A stretch of DNA of 64,000 bases from a virus (taxonomy: Duplodnaviria; Caudoviricetes), in the IMG/VR virus record IMGVR_UViG_3300027819_000011, positions 4,706 to 68,705 of that record; one strand, 5' to 3'. The notes under the pieces were generated by a model, which saw nothing but the letters and a program-made list of their open reading frames with translations, ran no database searches and was not told where the DNA came from. Position numbers and translations under genes: made by a program. This document shows, piece after piece, positions 52,595 through 63,386 of this stretch (positions are counted from its first letter, which is position 1; the number at the start of each line of letters is the position of its first letter).

Positions 52595-55500
52595 TTATTT
52601 AGGTTTTTTCTTATCGTAACTTACAGAACTGATCCCGACCGCATCTGCTATCACGCCTGCTACCCGGTCAGCCGAAGCATTGTCTTTTAACTCAATAGCC
52701 TGCTGAACCATGATGGGCGTCCCTGCTTGGTAAATAGCCTTCCCTGGAGTAAACTTCTCTCCCTTGAAGTTGCGTCCTCTCAGCCAATCCCTGACGATGC
52801 TCGCCGGCGGGTTCGTCTTGTTAGCAAGAAAATCGATCAGGGCATCGAAGCGCGTTCGCTTCCCAAATCCTTGCTCGTACTTTGTTACCTTCCCGGTTGT
52901 GGAGCTTTTTGTTTCTCCGGTTACTATCCTGGAAGCCAAAGTAATGATTGATCCAGCACCCCCCGTGAAGTCAAACCGGGTATCTCCTGCCTTTATCTTC
53001 CCAAAATCGGGGCTACGGGGGTCGGTTTCGGCGCTTCCCGGCTTAAGGGCATTAGCAATCGCCATAAGCGTAGCGGTTTCGACCACTATCTTGAGAAGAT
53101 TTTTACCGGCCTCTTTTTGGGCAAAGGAAGTCAAACGATTATCTTTGAACGAAAGGCTATGGGCCGTCAAAACATCCCAGTTGCCTTTCAGCATTTTCGG
53201 TGCCCACAGGACCATCTTAACGACACCGCCTTCCCCGCGCTGCCCGGTTTTTCCCCTGGCCGTCAGGGAATTTATCATCCTGCCAAGGCTTTCGATTTCT
53301 GCCTTCTTCCCCATGTCAACGCCATTGGCCTTAGCGCGTTCAGCAAGCAGGTCATAAAGTCCGGTTCGCATTCGTAGTCCGCTTCCGGTAAAAGCGTATT
53401 CACTGGCCCTGAAGACCCTGCCTACACCGGGGATTCTTTCAGGCAACGACGTTGGAAATTGTTCTTCCGTTTTAGCAATTATCCCCGCCCGCTGGTATTC
53501 CCCGTTGAAAAAATTAGGCCGTGAGTAAATGTCGGCCATAAGCGCGTCGTGGGCGTTCTTGCCGCCAAGAGTTCGGTAGAAATCAATAAAAGACATCTTC
53601 GCTGCTGGTAGCCATCGGGTCGGGTGTGTCATTAAGGTATGAAGCCCTTGCCGCCCCAAGAAAGAATTATCAAGGGTCGCTACCATCGCAACCGAATTAT
53701 CGGCAATGGTGCTGAGCGTATCCTTGACAAGGTCAACAACCGCTCCCGCCTTACTTTCGCCCCATGTCGTCTTGAACTCCTGGCCGCGCCGTTTGAGTAG
53801 CGTCTTAATGGGATCATTCGCGCCTTTTAGTCCATTGACGTAGTTCTCGTAAGCCACCCTTGCCGCCCCATAGGCAAACCTATCGCCCCCCTGCTCCATG
53901 GCAGCCTTTGCGTCCAAAGCTACCCTGGAAAGCTCAACAAGGTTCGTGGCCTCGTCGGGCGTGATGGTATGAGACGCTTGCGCTGCGGCATTGTAATTCT
54001 CCTTCGCCTGATCGCGCTTGGCTTTCAGTATCTGGGCCTCCGGGTCAAGAAGAACTGATCGTTTCTCTTTTACGGAAAAGTCTCTGTTATCAAGCTTTTC
54101 ACGGAGCTTCTTTTCCTCATTTCGTAGTCGGGTCTTCAGGCTTTGCGTCGCTATCTGTTCGGCGGTTTTCTTGGGGTTCGCCAAATCACGGAGTTCTTTA
54201 AGTTGATCCCGCAGTCCTTCGCGCTCTGCTCGTAATTTGCTCAGTTCTTCCGATTGAAGCTCTGGCCGTTTCTTAGTCATTGGCGACAAGTCTTTTTCTG
54301 CAATCTTCCTGGTATATTCAGCAATGGATTTGTTGACAGCCTTAATAGCCATTTCGGTTCGCTGTGCATCGGTCATCTGGGGCTTGCCAAATATCCCATC
54401 AAATTCCTTCTTCAACTCATCACGTCGGGCCTTTAGCTTATTGGCTTCAGCATCATAGACAATACCAGTTTTGTCCTTGACGATCTTTTGCCGGGAAGCA
54501 ATCTGGGACTCAAGGTCGGCGATATCGTTCGTCAGCCGGGTCTTTATGGCGTCAAGGGATGATTTCAGTTGGGTTTCCTTATCAACGGTTTGTATGCCAA
54601 ATTTCTTCTTTGCATCGTTTACCAGCTTGATAAGGCGACGTTCTTCGTCGCTTGGGGTGCGTCTCTCAACCCCTGTCTTTTCCGCCGTCCCCTTGGCCTG
54701 TAAATCTTCAAGCTTCGCTACCTGCTGCATCTGGCCCTTAAGGTCGCGGAGCGTGGCGTCAAGTTCTTCCTTGCTGAGCAGCTTGTACTTGCCATACCCC
54801 GAGATAGCATCCATCGTTTCGCGGCGGGTAATGTCCGGCATGGCTTTTTTAAGGACATCGTGAACGGCATCTACAAGTTTCTCCCTGTCCTTTATGCCCA
54901 TCTCAACAAACTGTTTTGCCAATGCCTGTACCTGGCGGCCTATGTCGGGAAAGTCCTTCCCGTCTGCTACCGATTTGGAAATCTTGCCGGCAAGGATTTC
55001 AACATCCTTACTATCGACAATCGCCTTGCCTTGTTCCCATAATTGCTTTAGGTGGGGCTTCACGAAGTCGCCAAAGTCTTCAACCATCCTGGCGGACCAT
55101 TCGCCAAATACTCTGGCGCCTGCCTCAAAATGGTAAGCTCCTATACGGGTCAGGTCGGCGGCTATGGTAGGATCAAGCCCGACATTAAATTGGCCGATCA
55201 GCTTTTTTCTCAGTTCGGCCTTTACCCGCTCGTATTCCGTTTGCGTGACGATCTTGTTTTTTGAACCATATGCCGTTTTTGGTTCAGGCGGTTTCTTCGG
55301 CTGTGTCTTTTCCGGTTTCAGCAAATTATCAATGGCCGCTTGTTTTTCGGCCTCTACCTTCTTGGCCTCAAAGTCGGCAAGGTTTTTCTGTGCGGTCGTA
55401 AGCTCCTGGTTCAGCCTTTCAATCTCGGCGGCTTGCTTGCCTATGTCCTCCGCTCTCTTGCCGGCCTTCTTGGCTGTCTCCGTCCTTACCTTCGCAATAT

Positions 55501-57178
55501 CCTGCATGTCGGCAACGGGGTCAAGCATCTGCCGTGAATCGGCTGCCTTAATTGCTTGCCCGTATTCGCTGAGTTTTCGGGGAACGGTAGATTCAGTGGC
55601 AAGCTTTCTGAGGGTCTCAACATCGCCCTCTCGTAATGCCCTGATTTTGACGGCCTCGTACATCGTGGCTTCCCGGATGCCTTTAGGCGGAAGTTCTTCG
55701 CCCATCGCCATCCGCTTAGCTGACCCATAGTCAAAGTCCATAACCTGCTGAGCGGCTTCGGCCTGTTCTTTCATGCTCATGGTCTTGTAATCCACAAGGT
55801 CGCCAAAATCTTCGGTAAGCTTTGCCTCGATAGCGGCGGATTCGGCGCGGATTGCGAGTTTGCTTTCTTTGCCTTCGGGAATGGTTTCGGGCGTGCCAAC
55901 TTCAGGCTTTAAACCCTTCGTTGCAGGAGTGGCTTCGATTACTTCTGGTCTGGCTGCGCCTATTTTTGCTTCTGTCACTGGCCTTACTTGTTTAGGAGAA
56001 AATGCTATATAAGAATCAGACGGGACTCCATCGATATTAGATTCAAACATATTTTCATAGACCACACCATCGTACCCCGCCTTTTGGATAGCTTCTCGGA
56101 TAGCATTGTCTGGCGCCGATAGAGGTAATTTGCTGCCTATCTTTTCATTTACCATCTTCACTACTTCCGCGCCCTGCCACGCCCCAAGGTCATCAAGTCT
56201 CAACGGGTTTTTTATATCTACCTCTGCTGCTATTATTCGTTTAGGCGGAGTCTCCCCAAATATATTGCCAGCCGCTTCTTTGTCACCCAGATGAATTCCC
56301 ATTTGGCCGCGTGAATATTGCAAAGAATTATCGAATGTCGTGAAATCTTCATTTGTTCCATGCCACAACGTTTTAACGTCCGGTGCTTTTATCGGTTCTG
56401 CGGCAAGAGCTTTTTCCGGCAACACCTCAGCCTTTCCCTCTATCTCCACGGACGGGATTGGTTCGACCGGGGCTGATTCCGGGGTAATCTTTTCCGATTC
56501 AATCCCCAGAGGGTCATATTTCGGTTTTGCCTCAAGCCTTGCCAGTTCTTCCGGGGCAGTTGGCTTGGCGGAAACCTTTTCTTGTGCTTTAGGAGTTACG
56601 TTGACCGGCAGTGTCGGCACTTCGGCGGAAGGTGTGTAGGCCATAGAGGATTCCAGCCGTTTGGCTGTGACAGCTTTCAGGGCATCGGTTACAAGGCCTT
56701 TTGTCGCTTTTGCTGCCCCGCCAATACCCCCCATTCCTGCGACCTGTCCCGCAATATCCGCGATCGGCACAGAAATGTTGCTTCCTACATCACGCCCCTC
56801 AATAACATCGGTAGCTTTCTGTAGGTCGCCCGTCGAAACAAGCTCCGCGATCCCTGCCAACCCCTTACCAGCCTTAACAAATGGCCACGAAATCAAATGT
56901 CCGACTTTTTCGGCGGCTTCACGTTGTCTGTCGGTGGTCAGGATATTTGACGGAACGCCCGATATTCCTTCAATCGTTTTATTGGCCTCTGTTAAGTCCC
57001 CGGTAGTTATTAAACGAGAGAGGCCACCAACTCCGGCAACCGGCATCGCTGCAAAACCGCCAATTACAGCGGCAGAAGCCCTGGCGGTATCTTCAACTCC
57101 CCATGACGATTCTTCTATCCCCAGAGGATCATATTTGCTTGCGGGAGCGGCTTGCTCTATACCTAACGGATCGTACAT
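52595..57178 (-). CDS. Large internal virion/ejection protein with an ART-like (ART-PolyVal type) domain
   Basis: 1527 aa, long coiled coils; residues ~270-395 'LWHGTNEDFTTFD...GIHLG...AEVDIKNPL...GYDGVVYEN...SYIAFSPKQV' match the polyvalent-protein ADP-ribosyltransferase pattern. Confidence 0.75.
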   Translation of the reverse strand: MYDPLGIEQAAPASKYDPLGIEESSWGVEDTARASAAVIGGFAAMPVAGVGGLSRLITTGDLTEANKTIEGISGVPSNILTTDRQREAAEKVGHLISWPFVKAGKGLAGIAELVSTGDLQKATDVIEGRDVGSNISVPIADIAGQVAGMGGIGGAAKATKGLVTDALKAVTAKRLESSMAYTPSAEVPTLPVNVTPKAQEKVSAKPTAPEELARLEAKPKYDPLGIESEKITPESAPVEPIPSVEIEGKAEVLPEKALAAEPIKAPDVKTLWHGTNEDFTTFDNSLQYSRGQMGIHLGDKEAAGNIFGETPPKRIIAAEVDIKNPLRLDDLGAWQGAEVVKMVNEKIGSKLPLSAPDNAIREAIQKAGYDGVVYENMFESNIDGVPSDSYIAFSPKQVRPVTEAKIGAARPEVIEATPATKGLKPEVGTPETIPEGKESKLAIRAESAAIEAKLTEDFGDLVDYKTMSMKEQAEAAQQVMDFDYGSAKRMAMGEELPPKGIREATMYEAVKIRALREGDVETLRKLATESTVPRKLSEYGQAIKAADSRQMLDPVADMQDIAKVRTETAKKAGKRAEDIGKQAAEIERLNQELTTAQKNLADFEAKKVEAEKQAAIDNLLKPEKTQPKKPPEPKTAYGSKNKIVTQTEYERVKAELRKKLIGQFNVGLDPTIAADLTRIGAYHFEAGARVFGEWSARMVEDFGDFVKPHLKQLWEQGKAIVDSKDVEILAGKISKSVADGKDFPDIGRQVQALAKQFVEMGIKDREKLVDAVHDVLKKAMPDITRRETMDAISGYGKYKLLSKEELDATLRDLKGQMQQVAKLEDLQAKGTAEKTGVERRTPSDEERRLIKLVNDAKKKFGIQTVDKETQLKSSLDAIKTRLTNDIADLESQIASRQKIVKDKTGIVYDAEANKLKARRDELKKEFDGIFGKPQMTDAQRTEMAIKAVNKSIAEYTRKIAEKDLSPMTKKRPELQSEELSKLRAEREGLRDQLKELRDLANPKKTAEQIATQSLKTRLRNEEKKLREKLDNRDFSVKEKRSVLLDPEAQILKAKRDQAKENYNAAAQASHTITPDEATNLVELSRVALDAKAAMEQGGDRFAYGAARVAYENYVNGLKGANDPIKTLLKRRGQEFKTTWGESKAGAVVDLVKDTLSTIADNSVAMVATLDNSFLGRQGLHTLMTHPTRWLPAAKMSFIDFYRTLGGKNAHDALMADIYSRPNFFNGEYQRAGIIAKTEEQFPTSLPERIPGVGRVFRASEYAFTGSGLRMRTGLYDLLAERAKANGVDMGKKAEIESLGRMINSLTARGKTGQRGEGGVVKMVLWAPKMLKGNWDVLTAHSLSFKDNRLTSFAQKEAGKNLLKIVVETATLMAIANALKPGSAETDPRSPDFGKIKAGDTRFDFTGGAGSIITLASRIVTGETKSSTTGKVTKYEQGFGKRTRFDALIDFLANKTNPPASIVRDWLRGRNFKGEKFTPGKAIYQAGTPIMVQQAIELKDNASADRVAGVIADAVGISSVSYDKKKPK

Positions 57179-58408
57179 TTACAGTTTCCCTAATTCCTTC
57201 GCTTTCTTGATGTAAGCGTCTGCGTCTGCTGGAGACCTGCCATTCTTTATCAGGTCGGCACGAAGAGCCGTTTCCTTTGCCGGAGATGCAACCGCCTGGG
57301 GTGTTGGGCCTCCTGCCCCAGCACTCCATTTAACATCTTCCGGCTTTAGTGCCCCATCGCGCACCATGTTCTGCGTTGCCACTGCTTTTTCGCGTTCCGT
57401 CGTGAATGCTTCAATATTGGCTCTCAGGTTATTGGCCGAAGTTTCCTTGCCGTCAACTCCATCGACTTTTGCAAGTTCTTTTTTGAAGGCCGCTATTTTC
57501 TTGTCATAGTTATCGTAAATATACCGCGATATTTCGTTGACTTTATCTTTAACCTTCTTTTCTTGAGCCTTCTCTGGCGTATTTCTTTCTGCCGCCCTTG
57601 TAGCCGCCGCCCGTTCCCTCGAAGCCCGGTCCATCGCCCCTTCTGACGCCCTGGCCTTTCTGTCTGCTTCGGCCCGTTCACCCCTCTGGGCTTCAACCGC
57701 AGCAGCTTTATCGGTAGCCGCATCTTCTTTCAACAATTCCACCTGAACTTCCTTCGGCGTTTTGCCGGTCAGGGAAGGAACCGGCTGCCCATTCTTTTTG
57801 TTTACCCATTCCCATGACCCGGCTTTGTCATTCCACACAGGGACCGCCTCAAAATCTTCCTCAAGCTTATACATTTTTTCAAGATAGTTCTTCTTCTCGG
57901 TCAACTGAACGGCTATAGGGTCTTCCGGCTTAATCGTTTTAAGCTGCCTGTTAATGTCTTCGAGGTTTAACAAAGCCCGCTGCTTCATCATTTCCGGCGT
58001 ACTGCTTAGCTCCCTCACTTTGGCAAGGTCGCCTTTTTTGATAGTTCTGGTTGTCGGATCGAGGTAGCCACCCTTTACGGCGATTTCTTCGGCTAAGGTT
58101 GTGCCAATCTTGTCGGCCTCCCTGAACGGGGTCATTACTTCATCGAACTTCAGAGGCGTGTTGTAATCTTTCAGGGCTTGCAGTTCTATGCCAGCCTTTT
58201 CACCCGCCGTCTTGCCTAAGCCTACCTGCTGCCTTAAGGCTTCCTCCTTTAACGGCATCAACGACTCTTCCTGTTTAAACCGTTCCTCAGCCATCTCGTC
58301 AGACCGCTTCTGCCGCATAAGTCCATAAAGCTGGCCTGCATTCTGAATGCCCTGCTGTATGCCCTGCAATCCCGCCGCTATTGGATGTACTGTGCTTAAA
58401 TCTGCCAT
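57179..58408 (-). CDS. Internal virion/ejection protein
   Basis: Charged, helical 409-aa protein with a QG-rich N-terminus, between the pilot-like and the large ejection protein. Confidence 0.6.
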   Translation of the reverse strand: MADLSTVHPIAAGLQGIQQGIQNAGQLYGLMRQKRSDEMAEERFKQEESLMPLKEEALRQQVGLGKTAGEKAGIELQALKDYNTPLKFDEVMTPFREADKIGTTLAEEIAVKGGYLDPTTRTIKKGDLAKVRELSSTPEMMKQRALLNLEDINRQLKTIKPEDPIAVQLTEKKNYLEKMYKLEEDFEAVPVWNDKAGSWEWVNKKNGQPVPSLTGKTPKEVQVELLKEDAATDKAAAVEAQRGERAEADRKARASEGAMDRASRERAAATRAAERNTPEKAQEKKVKDKVNEISRYIYDNYDKKIAAFKKELAKVDGVDGKETSANNLRANIEAFTTEREKAVATQNMVRDGALKPEDVKWSAGAGGPTPQAVASPAKETALRADLIKNGRSPADADAYIKKAKELGKL

Positions 58409-58424
58409 GGAATTATTAACCTCC

Positions 58425-59396
58425 TTAAAACCAACCGCTGATCAACCCAGCGACTCCGCCGATAACCGCCCCTGGAGGGCCACCGATTGCGAACCCAGCA
58501 CCGGCACCCACCGCAGCGCTGCCAAACATATCAGCGGATTTCTCATTCTTTATAAGCCCTAATGATAAATTCTTCCCTATGGTTTCTGTGGGGTTGCTGA
58601 AACCCCCAATATTTTTGCCAATCAGGTTTGTCAAGCCCGGCGCTGCAAAACCAGCCGCCGCAGGGCCAGCAAGGGAGGACAATCCTACCCCGGCAGCCGG
58701 AAGTTCCACGGCTTCGGCTCCGCCTACAAGTGTGGGGTCTAAAAGCGTGCCAACCGTTGATGCTTCGGCGCCGCCTACCGCACCTGGCAAAGCCGTAGAG
58801 GATGCCAAGGAGGTTTCTGCGGCTGCGGGGATAGCTGCCGTCGCTAACCCTGTTTCACCCGCCTGCGTCAGAACCGGGGCCGCACCGCCTATTTCAGTTG
58901 CGGTAGAAGCAAGGGCGGGGTTGGCAGTAAAGGGCGCTGCCCCGCCGCTAACCAGTCCTTTCCCCATACCCGCAGCGGTATTTGTTACCCCTGCTCCAGC
59001 GCCCGCAGGCGATGTCCCCCCGAATAACCCTCCAAAGAAGGGTGTTCCCTTTTCCATAGTCAATGCCCTGATCCCGGCTCCATAAAGACCAGCATTTATG
59101 GTTTCGCTCGCAAGGCTGTTTTTTCTCAGCTTATCTGCCGTATCCATTTTATTAATTTGGTCAATATCAAATTCTCTTTTAAGTTCTTCAAATTTTGATT
59201 GTTCAAGCCCGAATCGCTGTTGTTCCTGAACGCGCCTTCCCATGGCGTCAAGCTCGCTTTGGATAATCTGATCCAGCGTAGCAGGAGATGGAGTGCGGCC
59301 CGTAGTCGCCTGCGACTGGTTAAGGTAGCTCCTGAATCTACGGTTCCCCGCAATATTTGGAGTCGCGGTTATTGTTCCTAATCCTGCTGTAGCCAT
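58425..59396 (-). CDS. DNA pilot/injection protein-like
   Basis: Gly/Ala-rich with a C-terminal 'GAGAGFAIGGPPGAVIGGVAGLISG' hydrophobic hairpin. Confidence 0.6.
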   Translation of the reverse strand: MATAGLGTITATPNIAGNRRFRSYLNQSQATTGRTPSPATLDQIIQSELDAMGRRVQEQQRFGLEQSKFEELKREFDIDQINKMDTADKLRKNSLASETINAGLYGAGIRALTMEKGTPFFGGLFGGTSPAGAGAGVTNTAAGMGKGLVSGGAAPFTANPALASTATEIGGAAPVLTQAGETGLATAAIPAAAETSLASSTALPGAVGGAEASTVGTLLDPTLVGGAEAVELPAAGVGLSSLAGPAAAGFAAPGLTNLIGKNIGGFSNPTETIGKNLSLGLIKNEKSADMFGSAAVGAGAGFAIGGPPGAVIGGVAGLISGWF

Positions 59397-59405
59397 ATGG
59401 CCTCC

Positions 59406-62129
59406 TTATTTGAGCTTATCCCGCTGTTTCTTGTAATACGCCGAAACGTACAGCGGTTCCCAGGGCTTTGATTCTCCGTTCCATACCTTATCTAACCTAA
59501 ATCCGTGAAAAACGCCAGAAGTCGAGTAAATATCCTTAACCTGATTGGCATATCGGCGAGTAGGGTCTGCGTCGGAAAGCGTGTATGTCCCTGCCGTGCC
59601 GCCGTCGATCATGTGCCTGAGCGTAATAGTGCTGTTGGTTCCCTTCGCTACCGCTATGGTGTTGACGCGGGATATAGAAGTCACGGCCAGCGGATCTTGC
59701 GGCACAGGCAGTTGGTCGCCGAACTGAACAGCAGAGGTCCCGTCAGATCCGTTGAAGGTCAAGCCGAACTCCAGCCGGTGCATGAAACCGTTATCGGTAA
59801 ATCCATAGGCATAGTGGTTGCCATCGGTATCCGTCACGGAAATTCCCAACTGAAGGCGATTCCCCGTACCGGGATCAATCTCGAACCACCTCCATTCCCG
59901 GAAAGACAATACGTAATGCTTATCAAGATCGGTATTGGAATTCGATGCCCACAGCCAGTGGTATTCGTTAAGCTGGTGATCCATGAATCCGGTTTCGTAG
60001 GCTATCATTGCAAGATTTACATGGACAGGCTTTGTCTGATCGAACACATCTCTAATGTCGCCGGATACCTCCAACGGCGTATGACTATCCGAAATATAGA
60101 TTCCGTTATTCCCCCTCCAGACCCCAATAAGCTTGGTTTGGCTGGTGTTCTTATCAAAGGCCACGGAAGCAGTTTTGAGCGTAAGCGGTGCAGGGCAGCC
60201 GATATAGGGGGATATGCGGAACCGCTCCCATATGGTGCCGGTGGCTTCCTCTATCCATGACAGTAGCCACGTCTCAGCGGCCTTGAATACAAGGCAAAAG
60301 TTAAAAATGTTTGCTGAATTTTGGGCATAGATAGGAATCCCGCAGGTAAGCGCCCTGTCGTCCCCAAATTCAATTTCAAAGGCGTCAATGCCGTTGAAAA
60401 CATCAGGGGCGTTCTTTGCCGAGACAAGGAGGCTGTTTTTCTTCTCGTAATTGTTGCAGCCCAACATGAGCCGATCATTGGTATGGACGGCGAAGGAATA
60501 GCCCGTGATCTTTTTTGTAGCTGATATTCCCGCTACATAATAGAGCCTTACATCGCTGGAAAACGTGCCGCTGAAGTGGACTTTGTAGTAATACAGTGGC
60601 ATGCCATTGTTGATCGATCTCTTGACTTCTCCGGCAAGGTTTGAATTCCACCATGACATTACGCCAGGCTGCCCAAAACTTGTTGCTGTAGTCGCGGGGG
60701 TATCGGTTCCGTCTTCCCCGTAGGCCGTAACCTCTGTGTATTGCTTGCCATCCCAATAGGAAATAATTCTTGCCACGCCAACAGTCGTGTTGACATGACC
60801 CGCAGGAAGGGCAAAAAAGAGCCCCGTTTGCTTTTCGGTAAAACCTACTTCAATCCAATCGTTATAAGCGAACAAATCGGAAAGCGTAACATAAGAACTT
60901 GAATCTGCATCTGACTCCACATAAAAATCTTCGCGCACGTTCAGCGTGTAGTCGGTATATGTCCCCGAAAAATACCGATAAAACGAAGCTATCTGCCGAT
61001 ACGTGCCGTCCCATAGATCGTAAAGATTCTGGAAGGGCGCGTTGGTTGTACATTGCGACAACTTTGTGGTCGTTACCAGATTCCCAAACCTGAAATGGTA
61101 GAAATAAAGTAGCCTTCCTTCAAGGTAACGCAGCTTCGCGGTATCAACGGTTGAGGCAAAAGTAATGGTTCCGGTCTGGGCCAGCGTAGCCCCGCCCGAC
61201 GCTGTGTTGTCGGCTATGGTCATAAGTTGTTCTGTCTGGCCGTCCCAATACAGTCCCGATGCGGTCCCGGCAGAGGTATTGGCTGAATTGACGTAAAGCT
61301 TAATACCTTGAAGCGGGCGAACTGAACCGATTTGTAGATTGCATGTCCCGTCCGTTCCAAGAGACAGCGTAACAAGGTTTTCCGCGTCCGTATTGGAATT
61401 AACCATCCTGTTGGTGTAGTCGAAGGCAAAGGTAGAGGCCGTACCTCCCATCCCACCGTTGCCTACCGTGCCGTTCTGGATGAAGGCCCCTACCGGCATT
61501 TCGTTGCCGCCCCAGAGACAGGTGTCTATGCCGTTGCAATACGAGACCTGCCCATTGGGGGCATCTGACCATTGCGCCCGTCTCTGTGTGCCTCCCGTGC
61601 CTGCGGTCGAGTCCGTCCACAGCGCGGAAGAAAACACGCCCGATGTCCCCGCCGTGGCGTTCGTTCCGGTAAATGGTATGGCAAAGTCAGAGAAAAACAC
61701 CGTCGAACAAGTTCCGGTTGTTCCGTATGCCTGAACAAGGATATGGGTTTCGGAAGGTTGCGATTTGCGGAAGTGATAGGCAGAACGGGGGAACGAGGTG
61801 CCGTTAAGGGCGGTCGTGTTAATCCGCGTCATCCCCCTTACGCTTTCAATCCCGTCCTCAATGGGACGCATATTCAACAGAGTAGAAAAGTTCTTTCCGA
61901 TGCGCGTAGGATCGGAAGACAGCTTCCACCTGCCGTCGAGAGGGATTACGTACTTGTTATCCTCCTGGTTGTCGGCAACCGCAATGTCGTCTGACAGCAC
62001 ATCGTCGGGGACGTTGAGCAGTTTGGGAGGTTCGTCTTGCGCGAGCGGGATGGCTTCAGTCAACTCAGCCCTTATCGCTGCAAACTTTGCTGGCTGTGCA
62101 ACATCCTTCCCGATTGTTTTATTCGCCAT
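59406..62129 (-). CDS. Tail nozzle / tubular protein B-like (P22 gp10-type)
   Basis: 907 aa beta-rich, propeller-like repeats; located between adaptor and ejection genes. Confidence 0.65.
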   Translation of the reverse strand: MANKTIGKDVAQPAKFAAIRAELTEAIPLAQDEPPKLLNVPDDVLSDDIAVADNQEDNKYVIPLDGRWKLSSDPTRIGKNFSTLLNMRPIEDGIESVRGMTRINTTALNGTSFPRSAYHFRKSQPSETHILVQAYGTTGTCSTVFFSDFAIPFTGTNATAGTSGVFSSALWTDSTAGTGGTQRRAQWSDAPNGQVSYCNGIDTCLWGGNEMPVGAFIQNGTVGNGGMGGTASTFAFDYTNRMVNSNTDAENLVTLSLGTDGTCNLQIGSVRPLQGIKLYVNSANTSAGTASGLYWDGQTEQLMTIADNTASGGATLAQTGTITFASTVDTAKLRYLEGRLLYFYHFRFGNLVTTTKLSQCTTNAPFQNLYDLWDGTYRQIASFYRYFSGTYTDYTLNVREDFYVESDADSSSYVTLSDLFAYNDWIEVGFTEKQTGLFFALPAGHVNTTVGVARIISYWDGKQYTEVTAYGEDGTDTPATTATSFGQPGVMSWWNSNLAGEVKRSINNGMPLYYYKVHFSGTFSSDVRLYYVAGISATKKITGYSFAVHTNDRLMLGCNNYEKKNSLLVSAKNAPDVFNGIDAFEIEFGDDRALTCGIPIYAQNSANIFNFCLVFKAAETWLLSWIEEATGTIWERFRISPYIGCPAPLTLKTASVAFDKNTSQTKLIGVWRGNNGIYISDSHTPLEVSGDIRDVFDQTKPVHVNLAMIAYETGFMDHQLNEYHWLWASNSNTDLDKHYVLSFREWRWFEIDPGTGNRLQLGISVTDTDGNHYAYGFTDNGFMHRLEFGLTFNGSDGTSAVQFGDQLPVPQDPLAVTSISRVNTIAVAKGTNSTITLRHMIDGGTAGTYTLSDADPTRRYANQVKDIYSTSGVFHGFRLDKVWNGESKPWEPLYVSAYYKKQRDKLK

Positions 62130-62139
62130 GCCTTAGACC

Positions 62140-63384
62140 TCATTCGTATCGCAAATCGTTCGTTCCGTCGGGCACATTCTGAAGCTGGTCTTGCATCAGA
62201 TAGGCAAGTTCGTTCCGGTAAATGGTGTACAGCATCTTCGCCACGTCCATCTTGTTGTCCTGAATAAAAGCCTGCTGTAAAGCCTTATAGATAATCAACG
62301 GCTGGAAGGCAGGCGGTATCTGCGGGATCTCGGTATCGACGCTCATCTCGGCTGTCGGAAAATCCTCGATGTACAGCTTGAGGGCGTTTGCGTAGGTCGC
62401 AGCCGGCAAGGGCTCTATGCCGATATTTGATCCAAATTCATACCAGTATTGCGGTTCAGCTCCGTCAAACTTTACATGGTTGACCTGAACCGGAAGAATT
62501 TTCCTCAGATAGTAGGCATTTCCGGAAACCGGGGTGTATTCAACTGCCGCGCACTTATAGCCGCTAAAGGCAACTGTCCTGGTGGCATTCGTAACCGTTG
62601 CGGTGTCGATATGCCGGATACAACCCGAAAGAGCCGCTATGTCGCGCTGAGCATGATTGATATACAGCTTCAGTTGGGCGTCGGTGAAGAAAGAGGTTGT
62701 GACTTCATCCAGGAGCGTCCTGACGTAGCTTACCATGGCTTCGAGGGTGTAGGGGTGCTGGTCGAGCGTAAGCAGCTCTATCGTGCCGGAAAGCTGATCG
62801 GTGCCTGCCGTAGAGTGCCCCCAGCTTGAAATGCCGTAGAGATAGCGGAAATCGGTCTTGGCATCAAGGGTGTTGGTGATGACCTCTACCAGTTCCGTCA
62901 TAGCGGCATTGGAGTAAATATAGCAGTAAAGCGTTCCGTAGGTTCCTACCGATTCATCCCGGCAAATCCGCACCCAATACTTTGTACTCAAGGCCAGGGC
63001 CGCCGTGCCCGCTGCCGCCACTATATCGGTTCCGTCGCCTTCCAATATCTGAAGCTTGCCGCTGCCGCCCTGAGTTGCCGCCGTACCGTGCCACATGGCT
63101 CCCAGAATCAACGATGTGCCTGCTTGGACATGAGCGCCTATGGCCTTCGTAATGTCGTTAGCCAGTGCCCACAGGAAGGTTTGCGGGACGGTGTTGTTAA
63201 GCGACACGGTGAACTGGAAAGTATGCTCGAAGTCGCCGGAGAAGAAATCCGCCGTCATGTCCTTGTAGATGAAATTCGTCCCCTTCGTCACAAGGTTGGT
63301 GGCTACGATTGACCCGGCAACGGCATTGGTCGCTCCCGTTCCGCAAGTGGCTGTATATCCGGTATAGTCCTGACGGGTTGACAT
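62140..63384 (-). CDS. Adaptor-like protein with an N-terminal beta-sandwich (lectin-like) domain
   Basis: C-terminal 'TLEAMVSYVRTLLDE...FTDAQLKLYINHAQRDIA...PQIPPAFQPLII' adaptor domain. Confidence 0.6.
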   Translation of the reverse strand: MSTRQDYTGYTATCGTGATNAVAGSIVATNLVTKGTNFIYKDMTADFFSGDFEHTFQFTVSLNNTVPQTFLWALANDITKAIGAHVQAGTSLILGAMWHGTAATQGGSGKLQILEGDGTDIVAAAGTAALALSTKYWVRICRDESVGTYGTLYCYIYSNAAMTELVEVITNTLDAKTDFRYLYGISSWGHSTAGTDQLSGTIELLTLDQHPYTLEAMVSYVRTLLDEVTTSFFTDAQLKLYINHAQRDIAALSGCIRHIDTATVTNATRTVAFSGYKCAAVEYTPVSGNAYYLRKILPVQVNHVKFDGAEPQYWYEFGSNIGIEPLPAATYANALKLYIEDFPTAEMSVDTEIPQIPPAFQPLIIYKALQQAFIQDNKMDVAKMLYTIYRNELAYLMQDQLQNVPDGTNDLRYE

Positions 63385-63386
63385 TT

